Shown in pieces: positions 36,221-49,440 of a DNA stretch of 64,000 nt. Every line of letters begins with the position of its first letter. Within the stretch, counting starts at the first letter, position 1. The notes beneath the pieces are model-generated. The model ran no database searches. It saw nothing but the letters and a program-made list of their open reading frames with translations, and was not told where the DNA came from. The translations under genes were made by a program, and so were the position numbers. Origin of the DNA: Podarcis cretensis (lineage: Eukaryota); NCBI GenBank assembly GCA_951804945.1, contig OX638156.1, positions 33,914,001-33,978,000 on the forward strand, in the 5' to 3' direction.

Positions 36221-38454
36221 ATTAAAAAAAGTCTTTCACATTACTATACTACCATCCTTACAACCACCCTGCAAGGTAGGCGGGCACTGTTAGTCTCACA
36301 GTGCAGACAGATATGGGGCTGACCATTCTAAGACACCCCAGAGAGTTCCTGGAAGAGGCAAAAATCTGAACATGGAATGGACCTCCCAATTCATGCATCA
36401 GTCTTTCCACCACTAAGCTAATCCAATGGAATACTGTAACATCCTTTGCTTTGCACCAGTATAAGAGCTGCTGTGACTTGCTTTGCCCCAAGGCACATCT
36501 AGCTCAACATTGAACCTTCATAACTACTAATTCACATGCAGTCATCCTAATAAGGGAACACCTGGATTTAGGGCCTCCTTTTCCCTGTGACCCCAATTTG
36601 CAATTAGTTTACACCTCACCTTTCCTGCTATGAACTCAGGTAGATGTAGACTCTTCTCCCTGCCACCCCCATTTTATCTTCATAACAGTCCTGTGAGGTA
36701 TGTTTAGGCTGAGAGACAGTGACTGGCCTGTGGTCACCCTGAGAGCTCCCTGTCTGAGTGAGGATTTGAACCCTGGTCTCCCAGGTCCTAGTCTGACACT
36801 CTAACATCTATACCACACGAACAATTGCAAGAATGGTTTAACAACACACAGGTACATGAGCTGAATCCAGATCAGCTACCTGGCAGAGTAGAGTACAAAC
36901 TGTGGGGGGCAGGTGATCAGGTCCTATTTTGGGGCTTCCGATTGGGGCATTTGGTTGACCACTATGAGAACAGGAGGGTGGACAAGATGGACCACTGGGC
37001 TGATCCAGCAGGCTCTGTTTGTGTTCTTAGGAGTAGCAGAAGGGGGTTAAACATTTTCTGTTCCCTGCTGTTGCCCTGATCTGGAGCAGACACATACACA
37101 GAGAGACAAACACAGAATTGCTATTTGCACTGGAAAGAAACCTCCCAGCACATCAGTGGGAGCCTTATTTGGAGATGCAGAAGGGCTGACCTGGATCGAG
37201 GCTGCAGCAGGAGGCAAATGGCCCTGGGATACCCAATGGAGGAGTGGACATTAGCAGTAGAACCATGCCAAGAGGTTTTCAGGATCTGCTTACACTGGGT
37301 CGACCTTCCTTCCTCCTTTCCTTGCCACATGACCAGTTTTGCACCTGTGACAATCACAGGCAACTCTGGCTTTGTAACTTTGAGAAGCAAAGCACAACCC
37401 CAATTTCAGCACAGAACAAAGAAGTGTGTACCCCGGTTACTGGAAGTTTGAGAAATGTTAACGTAGCATACTCTCCTTAGCTTAGTCTGGGAGCTGGCAT
37501 TGTAAAGCAGGGAAAAACAAAAAGCAGAACTTGGTTAAGAATGTAAGAGGAGCCCTGCTGTTGAATCAGGCCAATGACACACCTAGGCCACTAAGCTGGG
37601 CTCCCAGTGGCCAACCAGACGCCTGTGGGAAACCCAAAGGCAAGACCCACGCACAAGAGCGCTCTGCCCTCCTGTGGCTTCCAGCAACTGGTATTCAGAA
37701 GCATTACTGCCTCCAACTATGGAAGCAGAGCAGAGCTATCATGGCTAGTAGCCATTGGTAGCCTTTTCCTCCATGAACAGCCTTCACCAACCTGGTGCCC
37801 TCCAGATGTTTATCTGGAGAGCAGCAGCTTGGTGAAAGCCACTGTAAATCAATGACTACATACAATGGCAAAATCCATGCCCTATTAGGATTGTGTTTCC
37901 TGTTCTCTTCCTTTCTCTCTGCCACAGATTCCCTCTTCATATGTTTCTTATCTGCTGTATTTTGTGTGAGGGGCGGTGGTGGCAGGGGGAGTCCCATGTG
38001 ATCCGCAGTTGCTGCAGTCTGTCTCCAGATTGGGGTGGGTGGGGGGAGTACCGCTCCACTAGCTGTCACGTCTGGCAGTCATGAAGAGGCCCAATCCGAG
38101 TGCATTTCTCTAATTTGTTTTTAAAGGCAGTTGAGGCAATGGCCACTCCCAGCATCCCATAGCAATTAATTTCACTGGCTATTTATATGGAGTTCCTTCT
38201 CTTCATTTTTTTAAGCTTGCTGCTATGCTATTTTCACAGATGGGCCCCCGTTTTGCTGTGTGGAGGGGATGTAGAAGGGCCTTCACTGCACTGGTGCTCT
38301 CCGGGTGCATTCTTCTGGCTGGGGCTGAGGAGAGTTGTATTTCAATAGTGTTAAAATAGTATTGGACAAACATGGAGTTAGATGGGCCAGAGGCCTGATT
38401 CAGTATAAGGCAGCTTCCTGTGTTCCTTGGGGCTGCAGTATCACCATGATGCCA

Positions 38455-38708
38455 CTGTGAACAGGGATGGCTTCCCTCAAAGAATCCTGGGATCTGTAGT
38501 TTGTTCCAGATACTGAGAGTTACTGTATTAGGAGACCCCCGCTCCCCTCTCAGAGCTACAGTTCTCAGAGTGGTTTAGTAATAAATCCCTTTGCACAAGG
38601 AACTTTGGGGGTTGTAGCTCTCAGCACCCTTAACAAACTCCCTGTGGGGAGCCATGATGGTTTAATGTGGTATCATAGGGTTTTAAATGTGAGGTGTGGA
38701 TGTGGCCA
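38455..38708. mobile_element. Degraded non-autonomous DNA transposon (Harbinger-like)
   Basis: Internal symmetry gaatcctgggatctgtagttt / ctacagttctcag, terminal gtgtggatgtggcc; family assigned from memory of squamate repeats. Confidence 0.4.
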
Positions 38709-40840
38709 GGTCTTAGGTGGGAAGGGAGCCCCCTAGACTGCAGTTCCAGCCTAAAGAAAGTCAACTGACATCCTGCTTGAATATATTCAGCTGACTCTGC
38801 AAGCCAATCAGGAAGCACCAGGCCCTTGCAACCAACCCAGCTCATCCCTCTTAAGCATCCTGTTACCCACTCAGCAGCAGCTGCTGTTTCCTGACTGTTG
38901 CATTCAATTGTGAGCCCTCCCTGCCTGCCTTTCAACTTCTGCCCCTCCAACCATCTATTTCTCCTTGGAAGTCAACCCCTGCCTTGCCTCTAGGGATGTA
39001 AGGAAACCTTGTTCTCTGCAGTGGGCTGCACTTTGTCTTCTGCCAAAAATGGCATTGTTTGTTTCATTATGATGGCAGTGATGGCTACCAACTCGGGTGG
39101 CTTTAAAAGAGGACTGGGCAGATTCAAGTTGAAGAAGGCTATCAGTGTCTACAGCTGGATGCAGAAATGCTTCTGAATCTCAGTTGCTGGGATCCACAGG
39201 AGAGGAAAGTGCTTATGTGCTCAGGTCTTGCTTGCAGGCCTTCCACATGAGAATAGGAGGGTGGACTAGAGAGGCCATTGGCCTAATCCAACAGGCTCTT
39301 CTCATGCTGTTATTGTCCACTGTAGCAAAATTATGTAATTCATCACATCACTTAAAGTAAATTACATTGCCATTATATCATTACACCCCATTCATTTCAA
39401 TGCAAAGGAATCACTCTGCAAATTGGGATGGGGGGAGGACATAATCAATTACATAACATGTGCAGACTGAAAACAACAACAGCAAATACCAATCCTTGAG
39501 GCCTGATGACTGTTGCCCTCACACTCTTCTTGTGGGCCACAGCTGGAATGTCCCCAGCCTAAACTGGACCATTGGTCTGATCTACTAAGGCAGTCCTTGG
39601 GCTCTTAAGACAATGAGTATTTTTATGTCTCTCTCTCTGCTCCTTGTCTAATCACTAATCTCTCCTTGCCTCTCCTTTTCTTATCTTCTCAATCTTGACT
39701 TTTATTAGTCAAATCCTGCAAACCTCAAGAGAACAGACTGCTTTGCTCTGGAAGATCTGCTTCTGAGATAGGAGCTGACAGGAGACCCAGATACTTGCTA
39801 CAATCAAGAGATGCTGACTCTCCTGGGCAGTGGACAGCACTTCCAAAAAAGGCTTCTCTAATGATAGAAGGAGCTGCATCCTGCCAAGCCAGACCAATGG
39901 CCTGCTGGTCTCATCCAGCAATGCTGACCCACATTGGCAATAGCCCTCAAACCCAGTCTTTCCGGCTGCTTCAGATCCCTGATGCCTCATGGGGTGCAGC
40001 TTAATTGGATGGTGTGATGAGCATAATGCAAACCTCCAGAAAAGGAACCAAGTCCCCTGTGGATGAAAAAGATTGGTCTCCAGGCAACCACACTGGAAAA
40101 CCATGCCAAAGCTGTGTTTCCATTTCGTGGTAAAAAAGAGTTAAACCTATAACAATCTTTGCAGTAGGCTCTGCATGTAATATATTGGCAGGTATTAAAC
40201 TGTCTTAAATCACAAAATGGCCTGGTTAGCACATAACACAAAGACAGAGTTTGTCTAGGCAAACTGTGGCTTGCTTGAACATGAGCTAGAATCTAGATCA
40301 TCCGACAGCCCAAATTAGTGTAAGGCAGCTCCCCATGTTCCTAGCAGGACTCTCTCACAATCTCCCTGAAAGTGAAAAGGGACCACAGAGGTCTATGAGA
40401 AAGCGGGATACCTGCCTTAGTTGCAGCATTGGCTCATTGTCCTTCACTATGATAAACAGGCTTGCCCCAACATTGGATAATACTCAACTAAAGTTTTACT
40501 CAGGGCAGATCTATTGAAATCAATGGACCTAACTCAGAAGGTGGTTTGAAACAGAGGTTGGATGGCCATCTGTCAGGGTTTCTTTAGCTGTGATTCCTGC
40601 AGTGAATGGGGTTGGACTACATGACCCTTGGGGTCCCTTACAACTCTATAATTCTATGAACTCATAGCATGAAATTAGCATTCACTAATTTCAATGGACC
40701 TACTCTAACTTAACATGGCTTCTATCTCTGTTGACAACCAAAATTAAGAAAAGGACAGGTTCCTGCACAGCAGTCACAAAGTTCTCTTATGTCACTCAAC
40801 CCTCTAATAGTCCAAAGACTCCAACCCCTTCCCCCGAAGA

Positions 40841-40917
40841 GACCTATGGGCCACTCCCACCCTGGTTGGGGAACCAGCCTGAGGTTTCCCAACCCAGGTG
40901 GAAGTGACCCATAGGTC
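40841..40917 (-). repeat. 35-bp-arm hairpin with 7-nt loop
   Basis: 40841-40875 pairs with 40883-40917 (30 of 35 Watson-Crick). Confidence 0.85.
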
Positions 40918-43469
40918 CTCCAGGTCTCTCTATCTGGCCAACAGGACTCTTCCCAAGCCATGGTTCCCCTTCTGAGGCTATATCGCTCCCCAGGCCTACT
41001 CCTGCAAGTGCAGTTCTGCAGCTGGAAAATCTCTTTGCTTGCTTGGAAGCTGGAAAGATGGAAAGATGGCTTGGGGTGGAAGCCTCTGACTTTTTGTGTG
41101 TGATTGGAATGCAGCTGACTACAAAAGTGGGAGCTGCCTACCCATTGCCCCACCCACTACTTCCTCTGGCCCTGCCTACCCCGGCATGTGACCCCCTGTC
41201 TGAAAAAGGTTCCCCAAGTGTATATCCAACCACAGCCTTACAAACATCTCTGCACAAGGGGCTTCTTTTACAAAAGGGGTTAAGAACAGACAGATCAGTC
41301 TATTTCTGGTCTCTGCTCATTTTGCAGGTGCACATTAATTTGTGCTCCCACATTAATTTGTGATTTTTTAAAAAAGTATTTTATCTCAATGAATGCATTT
41401 CTAAATGTATTTTATTCAAAACTATTTTTTTTATTAATCGTGACATGTTTTTTGAGCAGAGAACTCCGCTGCAAAATTCACAAGTGCAAAATCCAAAGTA
41501 TAAGTACGTTCTAATCTATGTATTTATCTGGGAGTTGCAAATTGGGTCAGTTTGCTTCAAAATGCACAGCTCCCTTGATGAAGCAAGAAAACGGGAGTCT
41601 TCCAAGGGGCAGGAGGGGAGGAGGGAGCTGTTTTAAGCACAACTTCTCTAACTATGCCATGCGATGTAATTCTGTCATGCAAAACACAGGCAAAGGGACT
41701 TGGGAGGAGATGCATGGAAAAGAGCATTGCAGGATTGCACTGGATTTCAGAGCAATTTCTCCCTGTCCTCCTGGGCAGAAATTAGCTGGCTAGAGTGTCC
41801 TTATCAAATGTGACACGTTCCTCGTGCTCTCCCTTGCGCCGTGACAGCTGTCGCATCGGGAGGAATTACAGACTCTGGATGAAACAGAAGCTAAGCACTC
41901 TCACCGAATTACAACTGGATTTCCTGAGTTGATCTGCAAGGGAGGGGCAGCCACAGATGAATGGCCATGCTGACTGGGGGCTGATGGAAGCTGATCTGAA
42001 GGGCACCAGGTTGGGCACAGCTGCTGTAGGGGTTTGGAGACTGTTTCTTATCCTGTCCAGATATCTCCTGTTCTCGGAATTCACAAAATAAAGCCCTGGT
42101 CCCTTCCAGTGGTCTATCTCTTGCTCTGCACACAGATATTTCTGAGTTCAATCCCTGATGTGGTCTGAAGTGGAGAACTACAAAAGGCTTCCCTCTCCTT
42201 AAGACCCTGGAAAACCACTGCCAGCTAGAATAGACGGCAGCATAAGCAGCTTCAGACATTCATCAGATATGAGGTTAAGAGTTCTGCTGAAAGCCTGCAG
42301 CCAAAGAGTTGGCCATTGGTTGAATGTGAATGGGCCCTTTTATCTTCACCTCTCCACCTCCTGGCTGAGTGAACCTTGTTCCACTGGATAAGTCTTCAAA
42401 GCTTCCTTCTTAGAATGCTCAGTTTCTTAGGCAGACTTCTTTCTATTTTCCCACTCTAGCATGGCCTTCCCCTTCTCCATCATCAGAGCAGCTCAGTCCA
42501 ATGGCAGCCTGCTTTGTGCTCTTCTGTGATACTCCGGCATCTCAGCCAATCACTGGCAATGATTTCGTGGCCACCACCAAACCTTTTAGCATATTCCAGT
42601 GAAGGTGATTCTTACTCTGAATGTCCAAATTCAGCTCCTTAAAATACAACACCCCCACCACCACCACTGGAACTTGTCACTTTACTGGGAACACAGAAGC
42701 AACAGCCCACTTACTTAAACACTCCACATTTAGCATGGTGGCTTTGTTTCATTCCCTGCGCACATTCCCAGGCACCCCAGTCCCCCACTCTGCCACAGAA
42801 GCTGCTCCATGCACTACCCTTGGTTCCATTTCTCGCTTGCAGCTCCATCCCACAGATGGAAAGACCCTGTGATGACAGATCTGCCTGGGGCCCAACCAGC
42901 ACTGTCTCCACCGCCATCTGGGGGTAGAGGTTCCATTCACAGCTGTACACTAGAGATGCCCGTTCCGCAACTTCACAATTTCTGCCTTCTTGTGCCTGAA
43001 TGAGATGCCAAATGGAGCCATCTCAAGAGCGTGTCGCAGAGAGCAAAGCGTTAAGCAGTGGACTAGAAAGGCAAAAGGGGTCACTCAGTGAGAGACATAT
43101 TTCTAGAGCAGCGGAGGGGGCTGCCATCACTGGCCCTTTCCTGTGAGTGAAGATGCTGCCAATCTCATGGCCAGCTGAGACCAGGACTAAATAAAACCCA
43201 TCAGCCCGCTCTAAGCTGGCTTTCTTGCTGTGGAGGGTGGGGGACACATCCGGTCAACTTGAGGCCCACTGCCTCCAATCTGCAAAGCTCTCCACAGAGT
43301 TGTACAGCAAGAGGGGTGCAAGGATTTCCTAGCTCTGCCTGTCCCCAAGCTGATGCTTTGGACTCCAGCTCTCACCAGCCCTAAGTAGTCATGCTGTGCT
43401 GTGGTTGATAGGTGCTGCAATCTAAAACATCTGGAGGGCACCAGCTTGGGGAAGGCTGTCCCAGATGGA

Positions 43470-43470
<1 letters not shown>

Positions 43471-43503
<33 letters not shown>
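43471..43503. repeat. (CA)n microsatellite
   Basis: Direct reading. Confidence 0.95.
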
Positions 43504-43505
<2 letters not shown>

Positions 43506-44734
43506 TAATCTCTCCTGGATTGATTGACACAATCCAGATTCTAATGCATCTAAAGGAAGGAGAGCAAGGCAGGCAACTGTACAGAGCAGAGAAATCCTAG
43601 CAGCGGTTCATTTCTAAAAAGAGAGAGGCTGAAGGGGGTGGGTTTGAGCTTGCATGTAAAATGTGTGATGCATCCTGGAGACCCATGCTTCCCAAACCAA
43701 ATTTGGGGAGCCTAGCTGCTGTTACTTGGCCATAGGCACTCTGCACATGCTCTGGTTATTTGACAGCCTCCAGCCCTGAAGTTCAAACAAGCTCTGGAGC
43801 AGAGTCCCAGCTCAAAGCAGTTCAAGAAACTGAGGCAAGGTGCATGATCCTGGAGAAGGTAAAGCCCCAGAATCACTAACTAATCAGATGTGGCAGGAAA
43901 AAAGAAAATCCTTCCCACCTGTAAATCCATAGCATCAAACAATGAGCAAAGGGAAGTAGGTAAACCTACTCACTGCAGATGAGTGACTATTTTATAAGTC
44001 TGGCTTAAGAATCTCAGTGATGAGGCAAGTAAACGAACCAGCTCCATAAGGTCTTGTAGCATGCCATGCCAAAAAACGTTTGATATAATACACACAGAGA
44101 TTTCTCTGCAATCCAGAAATCACGTTTAGGCTGTAATTCAAAACACATTTACTAATGAACAAGCCCCATGAACAGCAAGGGGCATGCTTCTCACTAAACA
44201 TATATTGATTTATGTAACAATATGATCATAAAACATCCTGCAAAACACACACACACAATCACCCAAAACCATAGCACTTAAGAATGGGCTCAAATTCTTA
44301 GCACACTTACTAGAATGTGAGAGCTGTTGGATTCCATAGAACCTACTTCTAGGAAAGCCTGCCTAAGATTTAATTGTAAGATTTTCCAAAAAAAAATAGT
44401 ATTCTCTACACTGAACAACACTTGAGAATATCTGTAGCACATTTGAGCATGCAAAATGCTCCATGTCTATCTGGCGAATCCTTCCAATGATGCTGTAAGG
44501 CAGGTCAGGATTAATATCACCCTCATATGGTTGAGAAGGAGATGAAGCTGAGAGCATAGTTCCCCCACACACACACACACAACCCTGCAACCCTCCTGGC
44601 AAGTATATCTTCACTGAGGTGTGGGGAGGGGACCAGGAGGACCTCTTGGCTGCCTTACAACAAATGAGATCCTTGGTCCTTCTGGCTCTGGAAACTTCAA
44701 CCAGCAGCAACATTCCAGAGCTTCAGGCAGGGCT

Positions 44735-44995
44735 CTATCCCAGCCACACCTGGAGATGCTGCTGGGGACTGAACCTAAGTCCTTCTGCATGCAAAGCATT
44801 TGCTCTGCTCCTGGAACACAGAAAGCTGCCTTATACTGAGTCAGACCATTGGTCAGTATCACTGACTGGCAGGGAATCCCCACCAGGGCTTAGGCAGGAG
44901 TCTCTCCCAGCCCTGCCTGGAGTTGCCATTGGGGACTGAACCTGGAAGCTTCTGCCTGCAGATCAGGTGCTCCACCACTGAGTTCCAGCCCTTCC
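44735..44995 (-). mobile_element. Two adjacent tRNA-derived SINE copies (family of 53295-53482)
   Basis: Repeated ggggactgaacct...ttctgc(a/c)tgca head and gctgccttatactgagtcagacc tail. Confidence 0.6.
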
Positions 44996-46449
44996 CCAAC
45001 CCCTAGTGGCTTGCGCTCTCAACCAAACAGAAAAACTGCCCCACTGTTCCATATGCACCCATTAAATAAATAGGGTTTGAAGGGATCACTAGTCTCTAAA
45101 GCCGGGGCGAGGAACCTGTGGCCCTACAGATGCCGCTGGACTACAGCTCCCATCATCCTTGAAGATGCTCACCGGGGCTGATGGAAGTTGGGAGTCCGAC
45201 ATCGTTTGATGGGCAGCCACATGTTCAACACCCCTGTTCTATGGTCCGCGGGAGCTGAAGCCGCCCTTTGTGTCACAGAAGTGTTCCCAGAAATTGCAAC
45301 AAAATCTGTCCCTCTGAATGCAGTGAGGCGAGTGCATAGAGGAACGGAGCAGAATGTTAACCAACAGTGCAAATGAGGGAAGGGAAGGAAAAAAACAAGG
45401 CAGATGCAAAGAAGTGACTCATTTCACTACACCTCCCCACCAGCATCTAAATGCACATTTTCACTCCCTGTCATGTTACACACACATCCTCTTATTCATC
45501 GCTCCAAAAAGAATAATGTCAGACTAGCGTCTATAGCAAAAGCTGCTGCAGGTATTTGAATCCAGCCAAATACTTTATATTGAGACCAGCCTTCAACCTG
45601 GTGCTCCCTTCCATATGTTTTGGCTGAGGCTGATAAGAATCGTAGTCCAAAACATCTAGCAATGACCAGGCTGGCAAAAGTTGATTTAGATATATGAAGA
45701 TATTTAGTTCACACACTAGAAGGGTTAGGAGCAAGTAACCCACATTTTTTATTAAAATATAGACGGAACAGCATGCCCTAAGTGTTCTCTCTCTAACCAC
45801 AGCTGCTGAAAGACGGTACAAAGAGATAATAAAATAAAGCTCAGATTCTGACTTTGGCGAATCTCCAGGGAAAATTCTGTGCTCCGGAGCTATTTGGAAG
45901 GCCTCACTGCCACACTCTTAAGACACTGCCTGAGAACATGGATGGCACAACTTACAAAGGTGCAGAGGTCAGTGAGACATGGGTTGTAAGAATAGAAAAT
46001 ATGTAGGCATGTTGCATTTTACCTCTTGAGAGTTTTACGCCAAGCGATAGCTGGCATGTTTACAAGCCAACCTCCAATCAGTGGTAACTCAATGCAACAC
46101 AAGCAAACAAGAATCTATCGGGAAATAAACTTCAACCCTGCTCCTAGCACCCATAACACAATTTTATTTTAAGATACAACTCAAGAGTCAAAACCCAGTG
46201 CCTATGGCATCAAGTGGAAATGGGGTTGTATACATGAGCTATCCAGCTGTCACCACCACTGATAGAATATGCCTGTACCCCAAAACACAAGCCTTTTTAA
46301 TGGTGTTGGTTCACACATGCACATGTCAGTCATGAGAAAGCAAGGGATTACATACATGTGAGAACCAATCATCATTACCAGGAAAAAGAGTGTGTGTTTT
46401 AGACAGAAGGGCACTCTGGCCACCAAGTGTCATTTCTTCCTTCTCCTAG

Positions 46450-48562
46450 AGTGGGCGCCAGAAAACACTTCTGAACAGAATCACCCACCTTGTAAAAGAA
46501 AAAGAAAAAAGGGCAGTATTACTTTTTTTAAAAACGGGAGTTGGAAGTGAAGCTTCCCTAATGAATCCCGTTTCCTTCTTCGCCTCGCCTTCTGTCATCG
46601 ACCTTCTCTCTTCAAAGCAGAAGCCTTTCCGTATTCTGGATCTGTTCCTTTTGGGGAAGGGAGGCGGGTGGAGAGTCCTGCATCCTGTTGCCACCCCCCA
46701 AAGAAGAAACACTGCGGCTTGCAAGCCAAAGCAATTAAACTGCCGGAGCCGCCGAATCCAATTGCAATTTAGCCAGCTAACGAGACACTCTGTTGCCTTC
46801 CGCCGAGAGAAAGAGAATTTTTTTCTCCTTCTTTCTTCTTCTTCCTGGCATTAGGTAATGCAACACCAAACGACCACCGATTTTCTCTTCCTCTCCCCCC
46901 GCCCCCCCGCCGATGCACAGAGACCTCTCCAAAATTTGCAGGCGATGATTCAGATCGCACCCATTTCAGATGCAAACGATGTTGGGAAGTTGCATGCACA
47001 AAAGAAAGGAATCCGCTGGGAAAATCTCCTTCCCTCCTTCCCTCCCACCCCCCGGCTCTTTTGCATCAATAAATCCACATACGCATTAAAAAACAAAAAA
47101 ACAAAACCACCTAAAAGCCTCGAATTAAACGTTGCCGATTTACGCTGATTCGTTTTCATGGCGTTAAAAGCTAGCAGCAAAAAGCAGCCGGGGGGGGGGG
47201 CGGACAGCTGAATTTGGCGGGGAGGAGGGGAGGGAAGAGAACCTTTCGCGTGAATGCAGCAGAAGGAGGAAGAAGAACCGGACACTTGTATCTTTCGCCT
47301 CCCCGGCCAAAGACGAGAGCGAGAAACACATACAAAAAGATATTTATTCTCTCGCCTCTGCCACCCCCACGCCGCCGCAATCTGCCACTATAAATATCAG
47401 TCTAAAAAACTTCCAAACCGACTCATCCGTGGGGGGGGGGAGTCGTTCTCATTTGCAATCATCATCATTAGAAAAGCTACCTTTTTATAGTTTATTTATT
47501 TAAATGTGCAAGCTCTAAAAAGCAGAAGCAAACTTGCTACCTTAGACGGAGGGAGAAAATTTTGCGTGGGGGAGGGCAGGTTGCGATTAGTAGTTGTGCC
47601 ATTTAGCGAGCGGCGTTCACAAGCGGGGCAATTAGGAATAACAGTAAAATAGAGATACTAATAATTAATTGGCGTTCCATGCCATCAATTTGAAAGGAGG
47701 AGGAATCGGGATGGAATCCGGTGGGGAGGGGAAGGGGGGAGATAAGAGAGGAGCAGGAAGGTGCTGGATGGAAAGAGGGGGTGAAAAGAGAACTCATCCT
47801 GCAATCAATCGCAACCAACTTTACTCCGGAGCCCGGCGGCGGCGGCGGCGGCGGCTTCTCCGCGGGCACTTGATGGGCAAGGCAGGTGGGTGCGATGGCG
47901 CGGCGGGGAGCGCCGTTTGCTGGCATTCCGACGAGCGGCTAACGCGTGGGGACCAAGCGCTCGCCTTTGCCCACCTCTCTCCGTTCCTTCCATCCTCGGA
48001 CAAAGCCCTGTGCTCCTTACCTGATCTTTGTTCAGCAGGACTTTAAGATCTTCCACGATGAAGCAGCCAGAGAGCTGAAGTTTGCCATCCCTTGCGTTGG
48101 GGGTGATTCATTTATATTATTATTTTTAATAAAAGAAAGAAAGAAAGAAAATGATGGGGCGCAAATGCAAGGAAGATTCATTTAAAAAGGCTCCTTTTAA
48201 CTTGCACTGCGGATGAACCCCGTAGTTGATACAAAAAATGAAAAAGTCTCCACCTTCTTCCCAAAAAAGAAGAAAGAAAGAAAATTAGAGGAGGAGGGGG
48301 AGATTCCCCCCTCCCTACTCCCTCGGTGCGTCACTTGAACTATTGCACAAGCGCTTCCCAGATCTGGTGGCGGCGGCGGCGGCGGCAGCGGTTGGGCTGC
48401 TGCTGCTGCAGACGACGGACCCTTGCGGAGCAAACGCAGCCAGCGGCTCGCATCCTTCCTCCCTCTGGCAGGCGGGCGGGCAGGCAGGCGGGCAGGCACG
48501 CGCGCCTGGCCCCGGGGCTGCCGGGCGCCGCCGCCGCTGATCCTCTTCCCTCGCCTCTCCTT

Positions 48563-48593
<31 letters not shown>

Positions 48594-48980
48594 GGTTGGG
48601 CTCGCGCTGCTCCGGCTCCTGCAGGGCTCTCGCTGGAGTGTGTGTGATACCAATGGCAGCGGCGGCGGCGGCAGCGGCGGCAGCAGCAGGCATGGCGAAG
48701 AGTTTGCGCGGAAAGGAAGGAGGGAGGGGGGGACCCAAAGAGGAGGAGGAGAGGAGAGAGGGAGAGAAGAGAGGAAAAGGACTTCCTGGGCTTTAAGGAA
48801 GCCCCGGACAGATCGAGGCTTGGAAATGCGGGCGACCCGCTTTCCGACAGTGCGGGTGGGGAAGTGGCTCGTTCAGACGTCCCCGTAAAGCTGCAGTCCT
48901 AATTCGGGCTCGCCCGGGAGTAAGGACCGGTTCACACGCGAGGTAGAGGTAAAGCCGAGTTTAGCGCTGGATCGTTGTCT
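46450..48980. promoter_or_regulatory. CpG island / ADGRB2 promoter region
   Basis: Abrupt rise in CpG density (CGG runs, cgcg, gccgccg) relative to the CpG-depleted flanks. No recognisable transposons until the CR1 at ~48990. Confidence 0.8.
48021..48780 (-). other. ADGRB2: Putative non-coding first exon (5' UTR) of ADGRB2; 5' boundary approximate
   Basis: Strong donor AAGATCAG|GTAAGG at 48021/48020 on the gene strand, inside the main CpG island, with a GC- and triplet-repeat-rich leader upstream. The link to the 2335 acceptor is inferred, and an internal intron cannot be excluded. Confidence 0.65.
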
Positions 48981-48987
48981 CATATGT

Positions 48988-49440
48988 CATCGAACTGTAC
49001 AGTTGGAAGGGATCCTAAGGATCATCTGGTCTAACCCTCTGCAAAGCAGGAGTCGCAGCTAAAGCATCCCTCACAGATGCCCACTGAACCTCTGCTTAGA
49101 AACCTCCAAGGAAGAGGCCACCACCTTGCAAGGGAGTTCATTCCAATGTCAAACGGCCTTTGCTGTCGGAAAGTTCTTCCTAATGTTTCCTTGCCGAATT
49201 TCCTTTCTTGTAACTTGAAGCCCTTGGTTTAGATCCCACCCTCCAGAGCAGGAGAAAACAAGCTTGTTTCCTCTTCCAGGTGCCAATCCTTGAGATACTT
49301 GAAGATGGCTATCATATCTCCTCCTTGTCTCCTCTCTTCCAGGCTAAACATATTCATCTCCTCAACCATTCCTCATAAGGCTTGGTTTCTAGACCCTTGA
49401 TCATCTTGGTCGCCCTCCTCTGCGTACATTCCAGCCTGTC
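48988..49440 (-). mobile_element. CR1 LINE 3' fragment
   Basis: CR1 ORF2 C-terminal/3' UTR sequence (tttagcctggaagagaggagac..., ggaagaactttccgacagc..., cccttccaac on minus). Confidence 0.85.

Noticed and set aside
48326-48796. 156-aa plus-strand poly-Ala/Arg ORF
   Set aside because: Low-complexity antisense product of CpG-island triplet repeats; non-AUG start and no recognisable domain.
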